DNA from: Elsinoe ampelina
Lineage: Eukaryota
DNA: 64,000 nt
Reading direction: 5' to 3'
NCBI GenBank assembly: GCA_010093995.1
Contig: ML992515.1
Coordinates: 239,533 to 303,532, forward strand
The notes under the pieces: model-generated
What the model saw: only the letters and a program-made list of their open reading frames with translations
Databases searched by the model: none
Told to the model about the DNA's origin: nothing
Program-made: the position numbers and the translations under genes
Part shown: positions 22,415 to 34,464 of the stretch, piece by piece
Position numbering within the stretch: position 1 is the stretch's first letter
How the letters are laid out: the number at the start of each line of letters is the position of its first letter

Positions 22415-23787
22415 GAGAGTCAAAGATTGGCTTTTGGTGGTGTGGCGATTGTCTTGTTCGGTGCGATACCCTTTCCGTTGTTCGAGGTTTGAGAGATGGC
22501 CGGTGTGACAGCATTCCTACTGGACCTGCTTCTTTTATCAATAATCATTCTTCTACCACTCCCCAACTCCTACGCAATCCTCCCTCACATGTACTTCCCT
22601 CGTCACCCTCCTCTGCATCCTCTTGCTCTCATCCACCTCTCTCCACTCCCCCTTCTCCCTTATCACCACCTCAACCATCAACCCCAGTGGTCCAAGCCGT
22701 TGCGAACTCTCACCTGCTTCCCAACGGCCATGTAACGGTATCCATCAAACTTCCGCTCCACCCGTTGCGAATCATCACCCGTCACATCACCCGGTACCCG
22801 TCAAAGGCTCTTTCGAGCCGTGAACCTGCGTTGGAAAGTCTGCATCGAGACAAGCTCTGCCTAGAAGGTCAAGACATGTCCGCTTGTTGACCAAGGTGAC
22901 CGTTAAAGGCTGGGGGCTGGGGAAAGTGGCATTCCAATTGGGGCGGCCGGTGAGCGGAGTATTCTACCAGTCGATGCGAGGGTGCTGGCAGGGTAAAGAT
23001 CTGGAGGACAAAGGGTGGACACGGCAAGGCGAAGAAGGCAATGCGCGACGGCAAGCAGATTGAGCAATTGAGCATGACCATTTCGGTTCCGGCATGGTGG
23101 GCTTCGTCCTGCAGGCTGCAGTATGCACCATGCACATGGACCGTTGTGCGTGCGTCGTGGATACCTGCGCCCTGCCTCCATCAAGCGTGTATGGGGATGA
23201 GGACAACCAGGGATAGCTATCCTACCACTTCCAGCTGCTCTATTGCCTACTACTCGTCCGTACGAAGCTGGCCCTACCGTTAGTCACCCTGCGGTCTCCA
23301 GCATCTCAGCCTTACGCCCAAGTCTCACACCACCAAACTCACACGCCACGACCTCACCTGCCTACCTTTGCTGCCAGCACCACTCTGCGGACCAGCCCTA
23401 CCAGCTTCAGCCTCATCAGAGCCGTCATTGATTATACTTCTTCTCGATCTCTCCCCACCCAACCGCTGTTCCAGGGTGAAGTCTATCGCGAAGTCTATCG
23501 GTGTATGCCCATAGACTTTGAGGAGAGTTTGGAGATGCTTTCGGCCGCCCTTCGGTAGCTTTCGCTTTGGCATTGAGTTCAGGTGCACGATTGGGTTCGA
23601 GCCTGTCGCATGCGAGCGAACGCTGACTTCACCGGTGACTGTGGGATAGCAAACGGGCGTTGGAAATATACTCGACGTCAACCCGACCTGTGCTCCCGAC
23701 TCGTTCTGGACTGGGATGTGCTCCGTAGGACGTATATTCGGGTATCATATCTCATCTCCACCCCAGGCCTATCCGTAAGTGAGGTGC

Positions 23788-25368
23788 TCACGTCATCTGC
23801 CCCAACCTCGCCGGACCCAACCCGCTTCGAATCTCATCCAACTCCCTCAGTCCCTCGCCATGCACCCCTCTCTTCCCTTTCCTGCCCGGAGCAATGCCAA
23901 TGTCGCGTCTACTCTTGCCGCCTCTGCTGGTCTGCCCTTCGAGGAATCCGTCCATGATGCTGTCAAAGTCCGTCCGTACGAGCTGGGGTGCTTCACTGTC
24001 CGTCGCTCGAGAGTAGGTGCTGATCCGGCTTGCGTTGCTCATCCCGCTCATCCCACTGGCTTTGCTGATGTTCGATGCTCGCGAGGCGCGGGACGCACGT
24101 GAGAGACCCGTCATGCCGGAGGTCATGGAGGCGGTATCTTCTGCTATGCTGGAGAGGCCGTCTTCGTAGTCGTCTGCGTCGTATTTCTCCATGAGCTTGT
24201 CGAAGCGGTCGTCAAGGAGGGTTTGGGTGTCTGTGCGTGCGAGGGCGGAACTTGTCATGGAGTAGTTGGTTGTGCTGGTCTTTGCTCCTTTGCGCTTCTT
24301 CTTGCGGCCCGTGGCGAGGGAGGAGAGCATTGATCTGTCTGCTTGGCTTTCTGAGGGCGCGTCTTTGGCGGCTTTGAGGGTGGATTTGAACTTGCTGTAT
24401 TCGGAGAGCCAGTTGCCGTCTGTCGGATCTGCTGCAGGGGTGGCATTGGGATCTGCTGGTGGGAGGATTGGCGCTTGCTCGTCGAGGATCGGCTTTGGAC
24501 TTCTGTCTCCAGCTTTGATTGTGTCGTCGCTTTCCCATCCTTCGTCATCGTCCGCTGCCTGTAGACCGGCCACGAATGCCTCCACGCCGCCTTGATTCTG
24601 GTCCTCCTGCCAATGCAGCGATTCGAAATCGTCCTCGTCCACCACCTCGGCACCTTCCGTCAGCTCTCCGAACACGTCCTCGTCGTCATCCACGTACGCC
24701 TCGTCCTCAAGAGCTTCTAGAACCTCCCGTAATCGCGGATCCATGTCTGGTTGGAAACCAGCGATCTGATCCGGCACGTCCTGCATGTCCTGATATCCCA
24801 CCTTCCGGACGAAATCACTCCCCGTCATATCGCCCAATCCTAGCTCCTCCGCCCTACTGCTCTCACTCCGCAGACTCACGCCCCCCTCGTTGGCATCATC
24901 CACATCCAGATCCCGCAGCGCATCCTCCAGCGTCTGTTTCCCCTTTCCCTTCCCCTTGCCCTTGTCCTGCTTCGCTTCCACCCACGTCACGTCCCCGCCG
25001 GCTCCCGCGCCCAGATCTCGCATATGCTGCATATAGTCATACTGCGTGTCATCGTAGAAAACACCCTGCTCGGCTGCTTGTCCTTCGTTCTTGGCAAAAG
25101 CGAAACCGAATTCGTCTTCTAGGTCGCCTCGTTGCCGAGTCTTTGATTGTCTCGAGGATGAAGAATGTGCTGTGTAAGGCGAAGAGGCGGACGTGGTGCC
25201 CCGCTCGGCGAGGACCATTTGAGGCGCATCGGAGTGGATGAGAGGGTCATTTTGGGCGCGGTGGACGAGGGAGAAGGTGGTGGCTGTTTTGCGGTCGCTG
25301 GGAGGTGTCAGAAAGACCTCTGGAGAGCTGGCGGGAGAGGACACTCACATAAATTGTCGTCGCGGCAT
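23788..25368 (-). CDS. LTV1: Low temperature viability protein LTV1 (40S biogenesis factor)
   Basis: MPRRQFI + intron 25348-25298 + DRKTATTFSLVHRAQNDPL. Further motifs 'FYDDTQYDYMQHMRDL', 'GFQPDMDPRLREVLEALEDEAYV', 'SMTSSALAR'. Confidence 0.95.
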
Positions 25369-25772
25369 GGTTACGGCGTATTAGCGGTGTTTGTACTTGA
25401 GGAGGGCCGGCGGTGGAGGGGAATTTTTGGACGGCGGCGATGGACATTTTTGGCGAGTCATGTTTGAATTTTCGATGCGGCCGGAAAGTTTCGGGGATAA
25501 AAACATCACTTCATCCTCCTCCTCCTTCTTCACCCTGCCTGACTGCACATTGTTGGTCTTTGTCGATTTACTGGTTCTTCAGACCTGTCTCTGTACCATT
25601 CGCGTCTGTTCAGACGATATCTGAGGTCAAATCGTCTATTCTGGCAAAGATACATCATAAGACAGAAACATTGGCACATTGGGTGAAGAGGTAATGTTAT
25701 GATACGATATCTAGTCTACAGGGACGATAAATTCTCGCTATTTGACTTGCGACCTCTTCGCTTTGTGTCTTC

Positions 25773-26508
25773 CTATGCGGTTGGAGCTGCCTGCTCAGCG
25801 GTCGTCGCCGAAGTCGGTGCGGCAGTAGGAATGGCCTTCGGCATGAGGAAGACCTCACCACAGCTTGACGGGATGGGAGCCTTCTCAGCGCTATCCTTGA
25901 TTTTCATTACGAGTTGTGGGGCATGTTTCCACCACTCGCAGACCATCCAGCCACCAAACTCTATTCCACCACGCGAAGAGCCGACGTTGAAGTTCAAGCC
26001 GGTCTGCTGGTTCCTGGACCAAGCTCCATTGTTCTCTTGGTTGTTATTGGACAGCGTGACGACCTGTGTTGTTCTTCCACCGACGATGTCGACGAGACCC
26101 CAGGATGTGAACTGGTTTATAATCCGAACTCTTGGAACTTCACTTTCGGGACCTCCTGGGTAGGCACGGAAGTCGAAGAAGAATGTACGAGCCGAGCCTG
26201 TTCCATAGAACAAGGCCTTGAGGGGCTGCAACTTGTCCTTCTTGATCGCAGCAGGCTTCATGGCCAAGATGTCGTAGTTCTCGGCTGTGAGATGTGTCAG
26301 CAATGGCATACTCAAAAGACACGCGTGTTCACATACACACTCCGTTGTAATATGGCGCGAGGGTGAGACCATCGAAGCGGCCCTTGCCATTCTGTCCAGG
26401 CTTCAGCTTCGTGACAATCTTGAAGCTAGGCGTGTCCTTCCAGTCCTGCGCGACGCTGAATCTGGCGAACAACAAAAGGTTCAGGAGTAGCAGGCAAATG
26501 GAATGCAT
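25773..26508 (-). CDS. Small secreted protein (~227 aa), DUF7907-like
   Basis: ATG 26508 gives signal peptide MHSICLLLLNLLLFARFSVAQ. Intron 26336-26285 (GTATGT..GCTGAC..CAG) restores the frame. C-terminal 'FGGWMVCEWWKHAPQL...PSSCGEVFL'. Confidence 0.75.
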
Positions 26509-27602
26509 CTTGGACTGAATTGGCTAGTAAACTGTGGTGGCAAAGAAGCTGACCTCTCCACGCGGGCTATCCAGGTAGATATACGGCTCGACTCACGCTA
26601 CCATGCCATAACAGCCCCATCTCGCCCTCGTTAGACTAATTTGATGTTATGACATCGTTATTGCTATGTGTATGTGGGATCGTGGGCGGCGCAACGTGCA
26701 GCAGTAGACTATTCTTACTTGGCAACATTGCTTGGCCACTCAATGCGGCTGATATGCTAGGGCTTCAGAAGGAGACCGTTGAGTCGGAAATGATGGAGAC
26801 CAATCAGATGAGGATATTCGACCATACCGTGTTGTCTCATGTCTGGAAGATGCGCTTCACCCGTCTGAACTGCTCGTTTCCACCTTACCTGACCGAGAGA
26901 TCACACAATACATCTCACTTTGGAACCCTGCTATCTGGCTTCCATCAAACGGCTGTACTCACGTGGGGTACCGATATGGATGATTCTGTCCAGAAAGAGG
27001 GTGCGTGCCGTAACGACTGACAAACGTTGGAGGAGCCGCAATCTCCACCTCTTTGTTGTGCCGGCATTGACCACTACTGTAATCTAGCCCTCGCTAGTTC
27101 GCAACGACCCGAATCGGCCGGTATTGCTATTAATGGACAATGGTAAGGTTACTTACAATACAGGTCCGGTCTTCCGCCGCAGCGTTGACTGCTATGAACG
27201 ATGCCTCAATTTGCGCCACGATTTGCACTACCATCATCCCTCCCGCATCTTGCAGAATTGCCTTTTCTTCAACAAATCTAACATTGTAGGTCGCTCCACC
27301 ATCAGATTTAGGCCATGACAGCAGTGGCGGCCAAAGTGGTACCAATCTCCACCAGACGCATAGTTCTGAGAGCACGATTAATGAATGAGCTACTTCAGTA
27401 CGGAATGCGGTCATCGTGGACAGCGATCGTGGATTGATCAATATCCCCGTGCCCGCATCACCGCGTTTCAGGCATGCAATGATTATCTGAGCCACATGCC
27501 GTGTTCGCGAACGCTGTCAGCACTCTCGCAATGATCGCAGGCTTGGGGTGCCGGTAGGTAACACAAGGTACTTGTTACACCTCCTCCTTCTTCTTACATA
27601 GC

Positions 27603-28721
27603 ATGGTCATCTCTCCGCGAAGAAATAGCAAAGTCAACTTAACATTACTGCTCGGAATGGACTACTCACACTACGGTCAAAACGAGGCCATAGCGACCTT
27701 CTTTGACGTTTTAGTCCCGCAACACTACACCAAAGACAGGTCGGTCACGCAAGCAGAATGTGACCAGTACGCCAAAACCTTGCTGGGCACCGCAGACATC
27801 GTGCCGGTCAGATTCCAAGGCACAGCCAGCTATACAACATATTCGCCCCATTTAAAGCATGTCGTGCAGTTCCGTTTGCGACCTCTCGATGAACAGAAGA
27901 TGTCGCTCGCTCCCAAGGCGTACGGAGATCTAGTACCGCAAGTGACATCAATGAACACGTTCACCTTACCGGTCTACAACAGTAAGCTAAATGAAGGCCA
28001 CCTGCACATCTTCCAGTCCTTTCCGGAAGATCCAGAAGACCGTTTCCCAATCGAAAGACAGCTCCGAACGGTCCGCGATGTCGCCGCGTTCATAGCAAGA
28101 GGTGCTTCACTACCGCTTGCACGGGAGACTCTTACGCCAAATGGATGGACCATGGGTGCCAAAAATCGACTCGAGCAAATCCGTGACAATATTACCCTAC
28201 AGTCCATCGAGCCACGATTCTCGCAGCGGGCTAATGCTCTACTGACACAGATACCCAAGCTTGATCAGCTCCCAGCTGTGATTACGGTCCCAGATCTAGC
28301 GGAGCTGAATCTGATGATTGACCCTGAGAGTGGAGCACTCACTGGCGTGTTGGACTTTGACGACGCCAGTATAGGGGCATGGGGCATGTGCATATCCGGG
28401 GTCTATGAGATCTTCTTTGGACAGATGCGAGAGGTCAAGTGGAAGTGGTTCGAAGACAAAGCGCCTGAGAGCGAAGTGTCTGTGAGGGAAGTGCTCGAGG
28501 AAGCCTTCTGGGAGGCATTTTGGGAGGCAGCTCCAGAGCAGTATTCCCGACAGGAGTATGAAGAGGCTGTCAGGTTGGCTACCGAGATTGGCATGGTCAA
28601 CAGATATGTCAGCGACGATCTCTTGGACCGATTTGAAGAGCATAACGAGCAGCATCGGAGGGACTTGGAGTGGGCTAGGGGTATCTGGCTCGGCTCAAAA
28701 GTACTATCCATCAGAGACTGA
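27603..28721 (+). CDS. Aminoglycoside-phosphotransferase (APH)/kinase-like fold protein
   Basis: Motifs 'PVRFQGTASYT', 'VVQFR', 'LPAVITVPDLAELNLMID...LTGVLDFDDA'. The start could be M at 27657. Confidence 0.8.
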   Translation: MVISPRRNSKVNLTLLLGMDYSHYGQNEAIATFFDVLVPQHYTKDRSVTQAECDQYAKTLLGTADIVPVRFQGTASYTTYSPHLKHVVQFRLRPLDEQKMSLAPKAYGDLVPQVTSMNTFTLPVYNSKLNEGHLHIFQSFPEDPEDRFPIERQLRTVRDVAAFIARGASLPLARETLTPNGWTMGAKNRLEQIRDNITLQSIEPRFSQRANALLTQIPKLDQLPAVITVPDLAELNLMIDPESGALTGVLDFDDASIGAWGMCISGVYEIFFGQMREVKWKWFEDKAPESEVSVREVLEEAFWEAFWEAAPEQYSRQEYEEAVRLATEIGMVNRYVSDDLLDRFEEHNEQHRRDLEWARGIWLGSKVLSIRD

Positions 28722-28968
28722 AATCGCAAATAGACATGCTGATCATCATCGTGTAATCCTATATGTCCTCTTATCTCTCCCCACCATCTCAGCATTGATG
28801 TTGGCCGAACAAAACTATCACGTGACACACACGAGTCATGCAAGAGGCAAATATTCCTCCATCCACAAACTCACCTTCCCACCTCGACAAGCATGACATG
28901 GCGCTCCAACATCCCTCCAACCCGAAAAGCAAGCCATAGCCCCCCTGGTCTCCGCTACAACCCGCTCC

Positions 28969-29751
28969 ATGTCCCCTCTCAACCTCACCCCCACCCCCCA
29001 CGACCTCTCCACCCTCACCCACCTCTCCTCCCTCCTCCACCTCGCCCACCACCGCAACTCCAACCAACACCGTCGCGCAGCATGGTACCGCCCTTTCTCC
29101 CTCCTCCGGCGCCACCTCTCCCGCCTGCTGAAGCTGTACACCACTCTCCTCTCCGTTCCCGACTCCTTCTCTGCCCGGCACAAGAAGAAATCCCAAGATC
29201 GGATCACTACTGTGCGAATCCAGGAGGAGCTGGAGTTTATGCGCGATGTTCTTTTTCCGAGGGCGTGGAGGGGGTTTAGTCAGCTGGTTGCTGATGGGCG
29301 GTTTGCGGTGCTGGGGACGGTGTTGTTGGCCGTGCTGGGGGAGATGGGGAGGGTGACGGGTGTGACGAGGGGGATGGAGGAGGAGGAGGCGCAGAGGGAG
29401 GTGGAGAGGGTGTTGGAGAGGTGTGGAGGGGAGTGGGAGGATGCAGGGGGAGGGTTGGGAGGGGAGGAGGATGTTGGGATGGTGGTTGGCAGGGAAGGGG
29501 AGGAAGGGGACGTTGGGGAAGTGGTGGAGAGGGAGGATGGGGAGGGTGATGTTGAGGGAGTCGCAAAGGATGTGAGGGATGAGACAGTGGAACAGGAGGC
29601 GAAGGAACCGAAGTCTTTGCCACAGCCTGTCATGGAACAGAAGCTGAAGAAGCGGAAAGTGGACGACGCTGTCAAGGTCAAGGACAAGGCCAAGAAGAGG
29701 AAGAAGAGGGAAGGCGGCGACGCCATTGATGATTTGTTTGCTGGTTTGTGA
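28969..29751 (+). CDS. RMP1: RNase MRP protein subunit RMP1
   Basis: Motifs 'LLHLAHHRNSNQHRRAAWY', 'FSQLVADGRFAVLGTVLLAVL' and Lys-rich C-terminus ending 'DAIDDLFAGL'. Confidence 0.85.
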   Translation: MSPLNLTPTPHDLSTLTHLSSLLHLAHHRNSNQHRRAAWYRPFSLLRRHLSRLLKLYTTLLSVPDSFSARHKKKSQDRITTVRIQEELEFMRDVLFPRAWRGFSQLVADGRFAVLGTVLLAVLGEMGRVTGVTRGMEEEEAQREVERVLERCGGEWEDAGGGLGGEEDVGMVVGREGEEGDVGEVVEREDGEGDVEGVAKDVRDETVEQEAKEPKSLPQPVMEQKLKKRKVDDAVKVKDKAKKRKKREGGDAIDDLFAGL

Positions 29752-29872
29752 TGTTCATGATACCCCTCTAACGAATGCTAGTCCTTTGACCTTTATCTAT
29801 TCATAACTTCATGCCTGCTTGTGGGTATCAAACGCCATGTTCGCCAAAACGATTGCTCAAAGCCCCGCTCAA

Positions 29873-30469
29873 TCAAAAGATGCCCATGCCTCTACCCCAG
29901 CCTTCGCTCCTCGGGTTGACCAGTATCTGGTATGGAAACGGATTCGTCTCATTCGTCGTAATCGGTGGGATGTGGTTACGGTCGCGGTTGACGATGTTGA
30001 TGATCTTTAGCGCTGTACGCTGCAAAGTGCTCTCCATAGCTCTCCTGGCCTTTACGACCTCGGTATCGCTTCTCGGGGTCGCCAATGTCACGTCTAGCAC
30101 CCATGATTCCCATACAAGCTCGTCGTCTGCCTTTCCCCCGAACCAGCCTTTCCGTCTCTTCTTCTCCATGAACTGAACCACAACTTGGCCTCGTCCTCCT
30201 TCTAGACGAGCATCGGCGCCTGATGTAGCGTATGGAGAGATCTCGAATTGTCTGGCCAGAGCGACGGCTCTCTGGTCGATCAGTGTCTCGAGCTCAACAT
30301 CATTCACAACGGGAAGAGTGACGTCGAAGAGATCTTGTGTCTTGGGCTCGAGAGGCGTGAAGTAGCGGTGGAAGAAGATGGTATGGAGGATGGCCTTGAC
30401 GACATCCTTGACACAGCTGCGATCCGCGAAGATGTCAAGAGTGTATTCGGGTGCTTTGCGCTCCTCCAT
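29873..30469 (-). CDS. ATG101: Autophagy-related protein 101 (HORMA domain)
   Basis: Motifs 'KDVVKAILHTIFFHRYF', 'VVQFMEKKRRKGWF' (WF finger), 'WESW', 'HIPPITTNETNPFPYQI'. Confidence 0.92.
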   Translation of the reverse strand: MEERKAPEYTLDIFADRSCVKDVVKAILHTIFFHRYFTPLEPKTQDLFDVTLPVVNDVELETLIDQRAVALARQFEISPYATSGADARLEGGRGQVVVQFMEKKRRKGWFGGKADDELVWESWVLDVTLATPRSDTEVVKARRAMESTLQRTALKIINIVNRDRNHIPPITTNETNPFPYQILVNPRSEGWGRGMGIF

Positions 30470-30863
30470 TGCATTCAGAGCGATGTCGGGAACATTTGAG
30501 ATTGCGTCGTCAGGTGGAGCCAATCCTGCAGCCAAAGCAGAAAGAAATTCCGATATGACAAGGTTCTACCTGACCATTGTGAAGACACGAAGCAAGCGAG
30601 AGCAATAAGTATGACTGTTGTTTGCCTGAGGCGGGGGTGAGCATGCGACTCGAGCACGAGGTTGAGGGGACTATGTGTGGCGGTGCAGATCGCACGGCCA
30701 CAACCAGATCTCTTGACTTTGGAGCTAACCATGATGGGCAGCTTCCAGCCACGAAACTCAATGACATATGCCATCCGTCGGCCGAGGCACGAGGTAAAAG
30801 TATCCTCCACTGCATGTTTGACGAGTCACGACATTCAACGATCGACCAACATCTCATGTCAGC

Positions 30864-32577
30864 ATGCTAGAGCGAACACGCCAGTGGTTTTGGCGAAATA
30901 GAACTAGATTCGCCGTCGGAGCTGCTACGGTCAGTGGCATCTATCTAGCTGGACAGTATGCTTGGGGGAAATGGCTCGAAGCACAGCAACGGATGGGCGA
31001 GGAGAGGATAGCAAAGGAGAAGTGAGCAATCCAAGATTGATCGGAGAGCTCTCACTGACCATTCACAGCTTGCGAAGACGTTTCGAGCAGAATCAGGAAG
31101 ACTGCACATACACCGTACTCGCCCTCTTACCGACAGTCCGCGATGAAGTCATTGGCGCGTTTCCGGTCGAAGAGATATCCACAGAGCTACAGAAACAAAA
31201 GGCAGAGAGATTAGCGAGGAGCGTGGGAGGACTGTCAGAAGTTGCATCGACAGATCTGCCATCCAGCCCGCCAAGTGCGATAGACGACAGTGGCAGCTTG
31301 AATGGCAGCTTTGTGCATGCCAGCCAGATGGCAGAGAGCTCGACAGGTGGGCAACTAAGACCGAAGAAGAGCAAGGTACAGCTGTGGTATGACATGAAGG
31401 TGCAATGTGAGTACTGGACGATAGACTTCTTGGACAAGCTCTGACAGCGAAAGCGATCACGCGATCAATCACGCTTCTCTACACGCTGTCGCTTCTGACG
31501 CTCTTGACGCGGATACAGCTCAATCTGCTAGGGCGGCGGACGTATCTCTCGTCAGTAGTGTCATTGGCGTCACCACCACAAGGGCAACAAGCATCAACGA
31601 TATCATTAGAGAACAATGACGACGACAATTACGACAACGTGTACGGCAGCGACTTTGAGACGAACCGCCAGTATCTCACGTTCAGCTGGTGGCTACTCCA
31701 TCGTGGCTGTAAGGATATCGCCACGAGAGTGCAGCAAGCAGTCCGTGAAGTCTTTGGGCCCATCGACCCTCGCACCGATGTGACACTCGAGAGACTCAGC
31801 GTCCTCATCCTCGAAGTCCGCAAGAAAATCGAAGGCACCACCGAGACCGAGCGCCAACAGCAACACTGGCTCCCTCTCCTTCTCCCACCTAAAGACCAAG
31901 AGGAAGCCGTCCTCCGTGAACCATCCGCAACCCCATCCCCCGACTCCCCATCCGGCCGCGATCTCAATCCTATGGACACGCCGCTCTCCCCCTCTAAATC
32001 CACCATCTCCCCCTCCCTCCGACGCCTCCTCGACGAGACCTCCGACCTCATCGACTCCCCCACCTTCACCCACGTCCTAACCCAACTCCTCAACTCCACC
32101 TTCTCCCACCTCATCGACGCCCGCGTCGCAAGCGAAGCCTTCAAACTCCCCCGCCCCACGGCCTCCTCCCCTCTCGACCCCTCCTCCCTCACCCCCGAAA
32201 ACCGTGTCACAGAACTCACCGACCGCAAAGTCAAACTCGCCTCCACCCTCGCCGTCTTCTGCAGACAAGCCCACGTCATCGCGGCGGGAAGCGGGGACAT
32301 GGAAGAGATCGGTGCCGCCGAAGGGGGAAGCGTGAACGAGTACCTCTCCGCCATCGACGGGGTGAAGGATCTGGAAGCCTTCGCCGCGGTGATATATAGC
32401 AGTAATTTCGAGTTTGAGAGTATACAGGAAGAGCAGCGGAGGCTGAGGGAGAGGCAAAGTCAGGTTTTGAGGAAGCAGGCGGGGGAGGAACTGCCCAAGG
32501 TGCAAGGGGAGGGGTTCGAGATGGCTTGGAGTAAGGCGTTGGATAGGGAGGATGGGGTGAATGGGCAGAGAGCTTGA
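30864..32577 (+). CDS. PEX3: Peroxin 3
   Basis: MLERTRQWFWRNR...AKEN + intron 31022-31068 + LRRRFEQNQEDC, then intron 31407-31453. Motifs 'TRIQLNLLGRRTY', 'YLTFSWWLLHRG', 'LLDETSDLIDSP', 'FAAVIYSSNF'. Confidence 0.95.
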
Positions 32578-32837
32578 GGCGGAGGGGAGGCACAAACGAT
32601 GATACCACGTACAGTAGAAACGATATATGAACACCGCATTGATGGTATCTCTGTCGTGATTGGGTATTGCTGTTGATAGACTGCTGCGGCAGCTTCTGAG
32701 TCGTATAATTGTACATGAAAGCAAGAAAATCCTCTTCAAAGCGCTGTCGAGGAGCGTCGATAGCGCTGGTGAGTCCAGCGGGGTAATGCTGCCCATAATG
32801 AGGTTCCAGTAAGGCCGTCCATGTCCCATTTTCCATA

Positions 32838-32905
32838 ACACCATGCTAAACCCGTCCAAGACACCATGCTAAACCCGTCCAGGACACCATGCTAAACCCG
32901 TCCAA
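32838..32905. repeat. 23-bp minisatellite ACACCATGCTAAACCCGTCCA(A/G)G x3
   Basis: Units at 32838, 32861 and 32884 are near-identical with no spacers. Confidence 0.95.
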
Positions 32906-33014
32906 AACTGAGAAACAGGGGCCGGTCGAGCTGATGCCTGTAATAACGCCTTTTAGATCATCATCGTCTGACTCGGTCGCCTTCGAAAGTCGGTCAAGCC
33001 CAGCGGTAATCATG

Positions 33015-34464
33015 CTAGGTGGAAACCACGCTGCTGCCACTCTGCATATTCCCAAACCCCATCCACTCCCTGACACGTTGTGAAAGGAGGCATGCGTCGA
33101 GGATCTCCTTGTGATTAAGCCCAAACGGATTGTCGATCGTCTTGGGCACGCGGCCCTCGATCGCAAGGTTGGTCAGAGGGCCCGCAGCAGTGCTGACCAA
33201 AGCTGCACGCTGTTTGTCGGGCTGTGGGGCTTGGAGTTCGGCCGTGTGTCTGTCGGAAACGCCACACTCCAGACGGCGGATCTTGTAGGCGAGATTGGCC
33301 ATGTCTCCTTCGCTGTCGTCGGCAGGGCCTGGACGTTGGGTTAGCGCATGACACAGGTGATGTGATTCACCTACGTTTCCTTCTCAATGCTTGGTGAAAC
33401 TGCTCGACCTGATTGTCCTTGGGTTCATTCTGGTCGACAGTTGGGGTTGGGAAGGCCATCAGCGATGATATCCTCGCTATATTCACGTCTTTACCACTGA
33501 CGAACAGAGACACACGTCTGCGAGGGATATCTGAAATACCCATCGGCTTTTCGGTAGTCTTTGCCGTGGCACGAGCAGGGTCGGGCAGATTCGCGCTGAT
33601 GCGTGCATCGCCTGGACCGCTCCTGGAGACAGGGACCCCTCCAAGTCCTGTAGGTGTGTCCGAATTTCTACGACTGGACTGGTGAGTGGTATGTGTTGCT
33701 GTAGAGGGCCCTACCTGCGGTGCGCGCCTCATGCCCTCAGCTAGCGGCGCTGACTCGGCTGCAGAGGCTGCGCCCGCAGCTGGAATGTATGCGGAGATAG
33801 CACCAAAGCTGGAAGACGTATGCGACGTTCCAGGCACAGGCCCTAAGAGGTCCGGCGCAGGTCCTGTCACATTTGAGGAGTCGGTCGCCGCAACGCTCTC
33901 GACCCCACTGTGCGAACAGCCGAGTATGCATGAGCCGTGATGATCATGAGGATCTAGAACAGCACCTCGGCGTGGTGGCCTAGTCCTCGACACGGCCACA
34001 GCATTAGCGCCCGTCAGATGAATTGCAGCGGTTGGGACGCTCCCGATCTCGTCACGACTGATCGCCTGCTGTGATGGAGAAAAGAATGTTAGAAGACGTG
34101 ATTGACGCATTTGATAGCCACGCTTCCGAGGCCTCAATTGCTGTTCTTCGACAGCGAGAGCTTCAGGGGCATCCATCGCCAGCATCGGAGGAACTGTGAT
34201 CATATGGTCACCTCCCAGTGGACCCATACTTGATTGCTGGCTAGGACGAGCACTCGTCAACATTCTAGAGCGCTCTGCCTCGGATGGTTCTTGGAACTTG
34301 ATGCGTGACTTGGTTGCCCATGGATGGATGGATATCCAGATAGATTTGGCGATGTTCTTTTCCTCGAGGCCGATGCCTCGGAAGTCTTCATACTCCATCC
34401 ATCTATCTGGATGTTCACTGAACCAAGCTTGTCTGGACAATGCGCTGAGTCTTTCGCCAACCAT
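33015..34464 (-). CDS. Orphan multi-exon hypothetical protein (low-complexity, no recognised domain); 5' exons unresolved
   Basis: The 365-aa ORF joins in frame to the 33015-33302 ORF through intron 33374-33329 (GTAGGT..GCTAAC..CAG). An acceptor-like CTGAC..CAG just upstream (~34472-34483) suggests more exons. Confidence 0.55.

Noticed and set aside
22496..22735. 79-aa ORF with a signal-peptide-like start
   Set aside because: It begins ~80 nt after the Pth11-like stop in C/T-rich probable 3' UTR, and its Leu/Pro/His content follows from base composition.
32838..32905. CRISPR-like repeat array
   Set aside because: The units are directly adjacent with no spacers, there are no cas genes, and the context is eukaryotic.
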